23,073 nucleotides of DNA from Gemmatimonadota bacterium (lineage in GTDB: Bacteria > Gemmatimonadota > Gemmatimonadetes > Gemmatimonadales > GWC2-71-9), in NCBI GenBank assembly GCA_039591655.1, contig JBDHDE010000047.1:1-23073 (forward strand). Reading direction: 5' to 3'. Within the stretch, counting starts at the first letter, position 1; each line of letters opens with the position of its first letter. The translations under genes and the position numbers were made by a program. The notes under the pieces are model-generated. The model worked only from the letters and a program-made list of their open reading frames with translations. It was not told the DNA's origin and did no database searches. Shown one piece after another: positions 16,068 to 23,073 of this stretch.

Positions 16068-17903
16068 ATGCATCAGCAGATGGGCTTGGCCGAATTCTTC
16101 GCGATGGAGGCGAGCGAGTACCTCGAGCGCCTCGACGCGCTCGTGTCGCCGGCGGCCTCCCCCAACCCCGACGAGCTGGTGGGCCTCGCCCGGCAGTTGC
16201 GGGGCTCCGCCCTCATGGCCAAGCAGACCCCCATCGCGGCGGCCGCGGCCGCCTTCGAGAAGTTCGCCCGGGCCGTGCAGGACAGCCGCCGGCCGTGGGA
16301 CGAGGCCACCCGCCAGCTAGCCGTGCGCGCGGTGGACGACTTCAAGATCCTAGTACGCCAGGTCCCGGAGTGGACCGACGCCGAGACTCAGAAGGCCCAG
16401 GCGCTGGCGGCGGAACTCGATCCCGAGGGCGGGGGCGCGGCGCCGACGGCGCCCCCCGCTCCCGCTGCCGAGGCGCCGGACAGCGGCACCCGGGCCTTCG
16501 TGGGCCGCGAGGGCGCGTCGGTAGCCAGCGCCCTCGACCAGGCCGCCAAGGCGTTGCAGCAGGATCCCGGGACACGCGAGCCCCTGGGGCGCGTGCTGGC
16601 TATGATGCAGCCGTTGCGCGGCCTCGCTCTGCTCGCCGACCTCCCGCCCATGCCGGACCTGCTGGACGGCGTGGAACGCGCCATCGCCGAGATCGTCAGG
16701 CGCAAGGGACCGGCGGCCGACGCCGCACTGCTGTTCAACTCCGCGGCCCAGGCCCTGTCCCGCGCGTCGCGGGAGATCGCCACCGACGGCCGGGCCGATG
16801 CCGACGCCCCGGAGACGCTGGATTTCGCCCAACGGCTGGGCGGCCTGTTCGATCTCGAGGCGGACGTCCTCCCCATCGATTCGCTGTACCACGAAGACGA
16901 GGGACCGCACGTGGTCGAGCGCGGTACGGCGGCCGCACGACCCGCCGAGCTGGCGCGGGTCGAGCTGGTGTCGCATGGGGAGCACCTCCGGCAGGCCGCC
17001 GACGGCCTGGAGCGGGCGCAGTCGGCCGCGCAGCGGGAGCTGCGCGCCCAGGCCCTGGCCGCAACGTTCCGGAAGCTGGGTGCGGCGGCGGGCGATCCCC
17101 TCCAGGAAGCGGTTGCACACCTCGCCGCCGCGGCTCGCCGGGCCGTAGCCGCAGAGGTCGCCGCCCAGCAAACCGAGGGCTTCGTCGCCCTGCTGCGGGA
17201 AGCCGGAGCGGCCCTCTCCACCGTCGCCACTGCCGGTGAGCAGGAGGCCGTTCAGCGCCTCGAGGCCGTCGCTGCAGCCCTCGATGTGCTGGCCGGCCCG
17301 CTCCAGCCGGCGGCACCACAGGTAGCGATGGAGGCGCCGCCGGCACCGCCACCCGCGGCCCCGGTCTTCACACCACAGCCGACGCCTACGCCCACAGCTG
17401 CGACTCCAGTGCAGGCCCCCGCCGCACCGCCTGCCGCGCCCCCACCGCAGGCTCCAGCGGCGCCCCCGCCTGCACCAGCAGCCGCGCCCCCACCACAGGC
17501 TCCCGCGGCGGCGCCCCCGGCACCCGCCGCTGCCCCGGCCCGGGCGGCAGCATCCAGCCGGCAGATGGATGAACCGGAGAACTTGCTGGGAAGCTGGCTT
17601 CGCTATCAGCGATACGTGGAGGTGCTGGGCCTGGGAGCACCGTCCCTGGACCAGTTTCTCGCCGGCCCGCCGGCCGATCCCACCGCCCCCGGCAGGGCAG
17701 TCGCCGCGGCCCCGGTGGCCGCACCCGAGGCGGGGATCGTCCCCATCACCGACCTGTGCTACAGCGGTACCGCAGCCCTTAAGCGGGCCGCGAGCCTCAA
17801 GGCGCAGATCCGCGCAGGCCTCGCGGCCGGCCGCTCAGACACCGACCTCCGCGACCTAATTGAGGAAGCCCTCGATCTCGTCGAACTCGGACTCCAGCAG
17901 TAG
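16068..17903 (+). CDS. Protein with tandem Hpt-like helical domains lacking the phospho-His, plus a Pro/Ala linker
   Basis: The N-terminus EFFAMEASEYLERLD...ARQLRGSALMA resembles CheA P1/Hpt, with a second copy MQPLRGLALLA. Start placed at ATG 16068 because the TTG at 16032 coincides with the -35 hexamer. Confidence 0.78.
   Translation: MHQQMGLAEFFAMEASEYLERLDALVSPAASPNPDELVGLARQLRGSALMAKQTPIAAAAAAFEKFARAVQDSRRPWDEATRQLAVRAVDDFKILVRQVPEWTDAETQKAQALAAELDPEGGGAAPTAPPAPAAEAPDSGTRAFVGREGASVASALDQAAKALQQDPGTREPLGRVLAMMQPLRGLALLADLPPMPDLLDGVERAIAEIVRRKGPAADAALLFNSAAQALSRASREIATDGRADADAPETLDFAQRLGGLFDLEADVLPIDSLYHEDEGPHVVERGTAAARPAELARVELVSHGEHLRQAADGLERAQSAAQRELRAQALAATFRKLGAAAGDPLQEAVAHLAAAARRAVAAEVAAQQTEGFVALLREAGAALSTVATAGEQEAVQRLEAVAAALDVLAGPLQPAAPQVAMEAPPAPPPAAPVFTPQPTPTPTAATPVQAPAAPPAAPPPQAPAAPPPAPAAAPPPQAPAAAPPAPAAAPARAAASSRQMDEPENLLGSWLRYQRYVEVLGLGAPSLDQFLAGPPADPTAPGRAVAAAPVAAPEAGIVPITDLCYSGTAALKRAASLKAQIRAGLAAGRSDTDLRDLIEEALDLVELGLQQ
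17433..17528 (+). repeat. Two imperfect 48-nt tandem coding repeats (AAPPPQAPAA[P/A]PPAPA)
   Basis: Units 17433-17480 and 17481-17528 both begin GCCGCGCCCCCACC and encode 16-aa units identical at 15 of 16 positions. Confidence 0.8.
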
Positions 17904-18942
17904 GGGAAGCGCGCGGCGACTCCGCTGGTCGGGGCTCGTCGGCGCCGTCGTCACCGTCGTCCTCCTGTGGTGGACCCTGCACGACGTGAACCTCGGCGAG
18001 GTGTGGCAGCGGCTCCGCGGCGTGAAGCCCCTCCCCTTGCTGGCGTCGGTCCTGGTGGTGACGGCGTCGTTTCCAGCGCGCACCATCCGCTGGCGCTACC
18101 TGCTCCGCTCGGAAGGGAACGCCCTGCCCTTCATGCCCCTGTGGCACGCCACGGCCATCGGTTTCATGGCGAACAACGTCCTGCCGGCCCGCGCCGGCGA
18201 GTTCGCCCGCGCCTACGCTGCACGCCGACTCACGGGTGTCAGGTTCTCGACGGCCTTCGCGTCCATCGCGGTGGAGCGGGTCATGGACGGCATCACCCTG
18301 GCCGCGCTCCTCATGGTGGGAATCTGGGCCGGGGGATTCGCGTCCGGCACGGCGGTCGGCGGGGTGACGTTGGGGGGGGTGGCACAAGGGGCCGGCCTGT
18401 TCTTCGGCGCTCTCCTGTTGATCGCCCTATTCCTGGTACACTGGCCGCGCCCCGCGCTGCGCATCGCGCAGCGGATCACCCACGCCCTGTTGCCGCGCCG
18501 CTGGGCCGGGCGAATCACGGAGATTCTGGAGGGCCTGCTCTCCGGCCTCGATGCCCTGCGCAGTCCCAGGCAGTTCGTGATCATCACCTTCTGGTCACTC
18601 GTTGTCTGGCTCGTCGCCGCGGCGTCGTTCTGGCTGGCGTTCCAGGCGTTCGAGATCGACGTGCCGTGGTCCGCAGCGCTGCTGCTCCAGGGCCTGATCG
18701 CGTTCGGCGTGGCGCTGCCGTCCTCGCCGGGCTTCTTCGGACCGTTCGAGGCCATCATCCGGGTGGTGCTGGCGCTGTACGGAATCGAAGCCGGGCTTGC
18801 CGTCTCATACGCGGTGGGCTACCACCTGGCTGGCTTCATCCCCATCACGCTGCTGGGCCTCTGGTCCCTGTCCCGGGCCCACCTGCATCTGGCCGAGCTG
18901 CGCGCCACCGGAGAGGAGAACGCCGCGGAGACCGATGGCTGA
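17860..18942 (+). CDS. Lysylphosphatidylglycerol synthase transmembrane-domain (UPF0104, flippase-like) protein
   Basis: Multiple TM helices; motifs RTIRWRYLL, IGFMANNVLPARAGEFAR, SIAVERVMD and LPSSPGFFGPFE. The start codon (TTG 17860) is uncertain. Confidence 0.88.
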   Translation: MRKPSISSNSDSSSRGSARRLRWSGLVGAVVTVVLLWWTLHDVNLGEVWQRLRGVKPLPLLASVLVVTASFPARTIRWRYLLRSEGNALPFMPLWHATAIGFMANNVLPARAGEFARAYAARRLTGVRFSTAFASIAVERVMDGITLAALLMVGIWAGGFASGTAVGGVTLGGVAQGAGLFFGALLLIALFLVHWPRPALRIAQRITHALLPRRWAGRITEILEGLLSGLDALRSPRQFVIITFWSLVVWLVAAASFWLAFQAFEIDVPWSAALLLQGLIAFGVALPSSPGFFGPFEAIIRVVLALYGIEAGLAVSYAVGYHLAGFIPITLLGLWSLSRAHLHLAELRATGEENAAETDG

Positions 18943-19816
18943 TCGAGTCACCATCGCCGCCCACGCCAAGGCGAACCTCTTCCTGCGCGTGCTGGCCCGC
19001 GAGGCGTCGGGCTTCCACACCCTCGAGACGCTGTTCACCCTGCTCGAGTTGAGCGACGAGCTGCACGTCGAGCGGACGGCAGGCGGCATCGACCTCGCGG
19101 TGGACGGCGCCGACACCGGCCCGGTGGAGGAGAACCTCGCCTACCGGGCAGCCACCCTGGTGCTCGACGCGACGGCTCGGCGCTTCGGGGTGCGCATCCA
19201 CCTCACCAAGCGCATCCCGGTGCGGGCCGGGCTCGGGGGCGGCTCCAGCGACGGCGCCGCGACCCTGCACGCGGTGAACCGTCTGGCCGACGACGCCGTG
19301 CCGCGCCACGAGATCCTCCAGTTCGCGGCCCGGCTTGGTAGCGACGTACCGTTCTTCGCTGCGGGGGTGCCGTTGGCCCTGGCCTGGGGCCGTGGCGAGC
19401 GGATCTTCCGGGTGGCCGGCCCCGCCCCGGCGCCGGCCCTCATCGCCATCCCTCCCTTCGGCATCGACACCAAGGAGGCCTACGCGCTGCTCGCCCGCAC
19501 CCGAGCCAAGGAGGAGCGGCGGGGCACGGTGGTGCTGGACGACGCGGCCTTCGAGACATGGGGAGGCATCGGGCGCCTGAGCGGCAACGACTTCGAGGGC
19601 CCTGTCTTCGGCAGGGAGCCCGAGCTGCGGGAGCTGTTCGAGGGGATGGCCCAGACCCAGCCGCTCCTGGTGCGGCTGTGCGGGAGTGGGTCAGCCGTCG
19701 TTGCCGTTTACAGGAGCGAGGCAGACCGGGATGGGGCGATGCTCGAGCTCGGCACGAGCAACCGAGAGCTTATCGCCACGTGGACGCGCTCGGCACCCGC
19801 TCCTCAAGCATCCTGA
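18935..19816 (+). CDS. ispE: 4-diphosphocytidyl-2-C-methyl-D-erythritol kinase
   Basis: AHAKANLFLRV, GFHTLETLF, NLAYRAA, KRIPVRAGLGGGSSDGA, LGSDVPFF, NDFE and GSGS; ATG after GGAG. Confidence 0.95.
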   Translation: MADRVTIAAHAKANLFLRVLAREASGFHTLETLFTLLELSDELHVERTAGGIDLAVDGADTGPVEENLAYRAATLVLDATARRFGVRIHLTKRIPVRAGLGGGSSDGAATLHAVNRLADDAVPRHEILQFAARLGSDVPFFAAGVPLALAWGRGERIFRVAGPAPAPALIAIPPFGIDTKEAYALLARTRAKEERRGTVVLDDAAFETWGGIGRLSGNDFEGPVFGREPELRELFEGMAQTQPLLVRLCGSGSAVVAVYRSEADRDGAMLELGTSNRELIATWTRSAPAPQAS

Positions 19817-19817
19817 C

Positions 19818-19845
19818 AACAAGAAGGCGGCACCTGCGCGCCGCC
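19818..19845 (-). terminator. Intrinsic terminator between convergent ispE and the hypothetical gene
   Basis: Minus strand GGCGGCGC-GCAG-GTGCCGCC followed by TTCTTGTT. A second imperfect hairpin lies at 19856-19876. Confidence 0.6.
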
Positions 19846-19876
19846 AATGTGGAGCGACCGGGATTTCTCCCCGTCG

Positions 19877-20767
19877 CTAGTGTGTCGTGAGGTAGACTAG
19901 TCTCGAGCAGAGCTCGAACTGGCTGAGATCCTTCAGGTCGGGCGAGATGGATTCCAGTAGCTTCGCCAGCGCCTCCGTCGCATAGGAGAACCCCTTCCGC
20001 TCGGGAGTCCCCGGCTTCGGCTTGCCGACCATGGGCCGCTGGCGCGGCTGCATGTCCAGGAGACGCCGGTCCACGGAGGCTTGGGCGAACCGTTCCTCGA
20101 ACTCCGCCACGAACATCTCGAGGTTCGCCGTCGGGTTGGTGAGCTGGAGGTCTCCCAGTCCCCCGAAGTCCACCACGTCCTGCACGATCCCGACGCGCTG
20201 GGGCCCGCCCTCACCGGAGACATACACATCGAGGAACGAGGATTCGGGTTGGCCTCCGCCCTCGCCACCTCCAACGGAGCTCGCTCGCCCACCCAGGCCG
20301 CCGAATCCCACCAGACTGTCCCGCGTCATGAAGACGCTGCTGCTGCGACGCCCGAGCCCGTCGGCCAGGCCACCACCTCCCCCGCGACGCGACTCTTCGA
20401 CCACCGCCTGCTTCGGCGTGCAGTACACCCCGATGAGCGGCACGTCATACGGCAGCTCGAGGTCGGAGCCATCGAGGTGTGCCACGAGCGCCCCGTCCCC
20501 GAAGGAGAACCCCTTGGCAGCCGTCCGCTGGGGAGCATCGCGCAACCTGTCCCCGGCCACCACTGCCACGGTGAGTCCCGTCGCCTCGAGTTCGCCGGCT
20601 GCCGCCTCGATCTCACTCGCATCTTCCCCGGCCAGCCAGATCTCCGGCACGGGGTAGTTGGCCTTCATGCGAAGCTCGGCCGGCGCCAGTCCGAGAGACG
20701 GCGCCGCCTGTACCACATCCACTTCGCCATGAGGCGGGTTCGAGACGACCAGCGTATAGGCAGTCAC
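19877..20767 (-). CDS. Hypothetical protein
   Basis: Long ORF with coding-like composition. Start placed at GTG 20767 because the TTG at 20779 overlaps the predicted -10 element; 296 aa. Confidence 0.75.
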   Translation of the reverse strand: MTAYTLVVSNPPHGEVDVVQAAPSLGLAPAELRMKANYPVPEIWLAGEDASEIEAAAGELEATGLTVAVVAGDRLRDAPQRTAAKGFSFGDGALVAHLDGSDLELPYDVPLIGVYCTPKQAVVEESRRGGGGGLADGLGRRSSSVFMTRDSLVGFGGLGGRASSVGGGEGGGQPESSFLDVYVSGEGGPQRVGIVQDVVDFGGLGDLQLTNPTANLEMFVAEFEERFAQASVDRRLLDMQPRQRPMVGKPKPGTPERKGFSYATEALAKLLESISPDLKDLSQFELCSRLVYLTTH

Positions 20768-20777
20768 AATGCAGTCC

Positions 20778-20806
20778 AACCTAAAATCTGTGCCACCATC
20801 TGTCTA
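20778..20806 (-). promoter_or_regulatory. Sigma70-type promoter for the hypothetical gene
   Basis: Minus strand TAGACA (20806-20801), 17-nt spacer, TAGGTT (20783-20778). Confidence 0.55.
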
Positions 20807-20827
20807 CGCGATATTGCGATTTGCCAC

Positions 20828-20843
20828 TGTGATGCGCGACACA
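20828..20843. promoter_or_regulatory. CRP/Vfr-like binding site upstream of the minor pilin operon
   Basis: TGTGA-TGCGCG-ACACA matches TGTGA-N6-TCACA at 9 of 10 positions. A -10-like TATAGA lies at 20866-20871. Confidence 0.5.
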
Positions 20844-20974
20844 TCCGGCGCCACCTCCCCGAAACTATAGAGAATCAAACAAGTAACTCCTCACGGCGGG
20901 CTCACGGACGAAGGCGCCGCGAGGGAGCAAACTCCACGTCCTCCCCGTCGCTGCCGACGCGGGCAAGGAGGATT

Positions 20975-21418
20975 GTGTCGCGTTCCGGCTTTACTCTCGT
21001 CGAAGCCATCATCGTGATCGTGATCATGGGCGTAATGCTCACGATCGCCATCCCACGGGTGAAGGACTACATCCTGCACGAATCCGTGCGGTCGGCGAGA
21101 CGGACGATGACCACGCACCTCGCTCGCAGCCGTGCCACCGCGGTGCACCGCGGATGCCGCGCCGTGCTGCACATGGACGCCGCCACGTCACGCGTCTGGG
21201 TCACCGCCTGCCCGGTGCAGGGAAACGGTGTCGACACGGTGGGGACCATCGACAACTTCGACATCCATTTCGGGGTCGCGTTCAGCAGTGACGGCGACTC
21301 CGTGCTGTTCACCCCGCAGGGCGTCGCCCTCGCCACAACGTCGATTTCCATGAAGTTCTCCAAGGACGGCTACACCGATTCCCTGGAGATCACGCCGGTG
21401 GGGCGTCCAGTATGGTGA
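20975..21418 (+). CDS. Type IV minor pilin, FimT/FimU/GspH-like
   Basis: Prepilin motif SRSG/FTLVE, hydrophobic helix, ARSRATAVHRG and LFTPQG. The GTG follows AAGGAGG with only a 3-nt spacer. Confidence 0.88.
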   Translation: MSRSGFTLVEAIIVIVIMGVMLTIAIPRVKDYILHESVRSARRTMTTHLARSRATAVHRGCRAVLHMDAATSRVWVTACPVQGNGVDTVGTIDNFDIHFGVAFSSDGDSVLFTPQGVALATTSISMKFSKDGYTDSLEITPVGRPVW

Positions 21419-21774
21419 AGAACGAGAGCGGCTTCACGCTGGTCGAGCTGATCGTGGCCGTCACGCTCTTCACGTGGGCCATGCTGGCGCTGCTGGGCGC
21501 GAACATCCTGGTGATCAAGCTGCTGGCGGCCGGCGATCGCGCCGCCACCGCCTCGTTCTACGCCCGGGAGCGCCTCGAGACGCTGCGGGGCGTGAGCTGC
21601 AGCGCCATGGCCGACGGCAGCGAGACCCGCGGGGGGGCCTATGACCTGAAGTGGACCCTGCAGCCCGACCACGGCGGCAGCGCGCGCCAGGTCCAGCTGC
21701 TCGTGACTTACCCTGGCCTCGCCAACGCCATGAGAACCGATACGGTGGAGAGCTCTGTCCTGTGCGTGCGCTAG
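21412..21774 (+). CDS. Type IV minor pilin, PilV/GspI-like
   Basis: Prepilin motif ESG/FTLVELIVAV; ARERLETLR; 120 aa; second gene of the operon. Confidence 0.85.
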   Translation: MVKNESGFTLVELIVAVTLFTWAMLALLGANILVIKLLAAGDRAATASFYARERLETLRGVSCSAMADGSETRGGAYDLKWTLQPDHGGSARQVQLLVTYPGLANAMRTDTVESSVLCVR

Positions 21775-22637
21775 ACCATCGGGGGTTCACCCTCGTCGAG
21801 ATGCTGGTGGTGATCGGACTCCTCGCCGTCATCCTGGCCGCAATCTACCAATCCGTCGGCTCCACCCAGCGTCTCACCGGCACCCAGGTCCAGCGGCTTC
21901 ACGTGCAGCAGGACACCCGGGCCGCGGCGCTGTTCCTGACCTACACCCTGCGGGAGCTGGACGCATCCGATGGCGACATCCGGAGCGCCACCGCGACGAG
22001 TATGCGAATCCGCGGCATGCGCTGGTCCAGCGTGCTGTGCACGCCCCCCGTCGCGACCGTGGGAGGGGTCGGGTTCATGCTGCGCGACTCGCTCACCTTC
22101 GGGGTGCGGGCTCCCAACACCACCCTGGATTCGATCCTCCTGTTCCGGGACGGTGACCAGTCGCGCAGGGCGGACGACCGCTGGCTGCTTGGGGCGCTCC
22201 AGAGCACGACGCCCGCGAACTGCCCGGACGGCTCCGCCGGCACCGTGGCGGTGGTAACCATCAGCGCGGCGTCGGGGGGCGCCGATTCCGCGCTCACCGG
22301 TGTCACCAGCGGCGCCCCCATCCGCGGGTTCCAGATGGAGGAGATCCTGCTGTACGACGAGGGCGGTACACGCTGGCTCGCCCGCCGCGAGGCACCGCGG
22401 GGCGGCGCCTTCGGTGCCGAGCAGAAGCTCGTGGGGCCACTCACGACTGACGGACTTGCGTTCGCCTACTTCGACAGCACGGGCGCCTCGGCGGTCTCGG
22501 TGCTCGAAGTCGCCAGCGTCGGGCTCGTGGTGCGCGGCCGCTCGCCGGCGCGGGCCCACCTGCCCTCGGGACGCATCGACTACGTGCTGGACTCTGTCAT
22601 CACGCGCGTCACACTGCGCAACAACCAGGGGTTCTGA
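21762..22637 (+). CDS. Type IV minor pilin, PilW/GspJ-like
   Basis: GTG 21762; HRG/FTLVEMLVV; GLAFAYFD and C-terminal VTLRN typical of PilW-like proteins; third gene of the operon. Confidence 0.85.
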   Translation: MRALDHRGFTLVEMLVVIGLLAVILAAIYQSVGSTQRLTGTQVQRLHVQQDTRAAALFLTYTLRELDASDGDIRSATATSMRIRGMRWSSVLCTPPVATVGGVGFMLRDSLTFGVRAPNTTLDSILLFRDGDQSRRADDRWLLGALQSTTPANCPDGSAGTVAVVTISAASGGADSALTGVTSGAPIRGFQMEEILLYDEGGTRWLARREAPRGGAFGAEQKLVGPLTTDGLAFAYFDSTGASAVSVLEVASVGLVVRGRSPARAHLPSGRIDYVLDSVITRVTLRNNQGF

Positions 22638-22639
22638 CC

Positions 22640-23073
22640 ATGCCACGTCCGACGCGCAGATCTCGGCGGCTCCGCGACGAGCGCGGTATCGCCCTGCTGC
22701 TCACCATTCTCGGGATCGTCGTGCTGGGCGCCCTGCTGTCGGGCTTCTTCATGTCGGCCATGCTGGAGAACCGCGCGGGGCAGAACTCGCGCCGGGCGGA
22801 GCAGGCGTTCGCGGCCGCAGAATACGGGGTCACCGAGACCATCGCCGGCTGGGACGTGGCGCTGTGGAACGCCCTGCCGGTCATGGGCGCGGACACCGTG
22901 TCCGGCACGTCACCCGCGGGCTCGGGCACGTACGCCGGGACGGTCCAGCGCATCAACAACGAGATCTTCCTGGTGGATGTCACCGGGCAGAGCGCCCGGG
23001 GGCAGGCGCGGCAGCGCATCGGGGCGTTCGTGAAGCTGCGCACGCTGGTGTTCGACATCGAGGCGGTGCTGAC
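22640..23073 (+). CDS. Type IV minor pilin, PilX/GspK-like (3' end outside the window)
   Basis: Translated by hand: MPRPTRRSRRLRDERG/IALLLTILGIVVLGALL...QAFAAAEYG. It lacks Glu5, as is typical of PilX/GspK, and the frame is open to the window end. Confidence 0.85.
   Translation, partial: MPRPTRRSRRLRDERGIALLLTILGIVVLGALLSGFFMSAMLENRAGQNSRRAEQAFAAAEYGVTETIAGWDVALWNALPVMGADTVSGTSPAGSGTYAGTVQRINNEIFLVDVTGQSARGQARQRIGAFVKLRTLVFDIEAVL

Noticed and set aside
19817..19876. tRNA-Gln or prs, which often follow ispE
   Set aside because: Only 60 bp before a convergent gene, with no cloverleaf or T-loop motif.
20782..20796. Sigma54-like TGGCAC on the minus strand
   Set aside because: The -12 element reads TTAG rather than TTGC, and a sigma70-type TAGACA-17-TAGGTT fits better.
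20081..20974. Upstream extension of the 445-aa pilin ORF
   Set aside because: It is antisense to the hypothetical gene and spans the promoter region. The prepilin motif and SD point to GTG 20975.

Overview
A very GC-rich, gene-dense bacterial chromosomal segment. The gene set and order suggest Gemmatimonadota, but this is an inference. I found no mobile element, CRISPR array, rRNA or tRNA. Left to right: (i) the 5' end of an exported, probably M1-peptidase-like gene cut by the window edge; (ii) a 13.4-kb run of nine overlapping minus-strand genes, in transcription order: hypothetical, rsmI, DUF4159-like, large DUF4175-like membrane coiled-coil protein, exported TPR protein, Tat-exported GATase-like protein, JAB/MPN-DinG helicase fusion, PLP aminotransferase, TonB-like anchored protein; (iii) trxA divergent from a methylmalonyl-CoA epimerase-like gene; (iv) a lipoprotein divergent from pdxJ; (v) a tandem His-less Hpt-like protein, a lysylphosphatidylglycerol-synthase-TM (flippase-like) protein and ispE; (vi) a hypothetical gene divergent from a type IV minor-pilin operon (fimT/pilV/pilW/pilX-like). 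The most interesting signals are the intact JAMM motif fused to an Fe-S DinG helicase, a candidate uncharacterised envelope module, a pseudo-Hpt protein on an apparently leaderless transcript, and a pilin promoter with a CRP-like box plus a 5' leader whose alternative pairings could hide the Shine-Dalgarno (SD) sequence.
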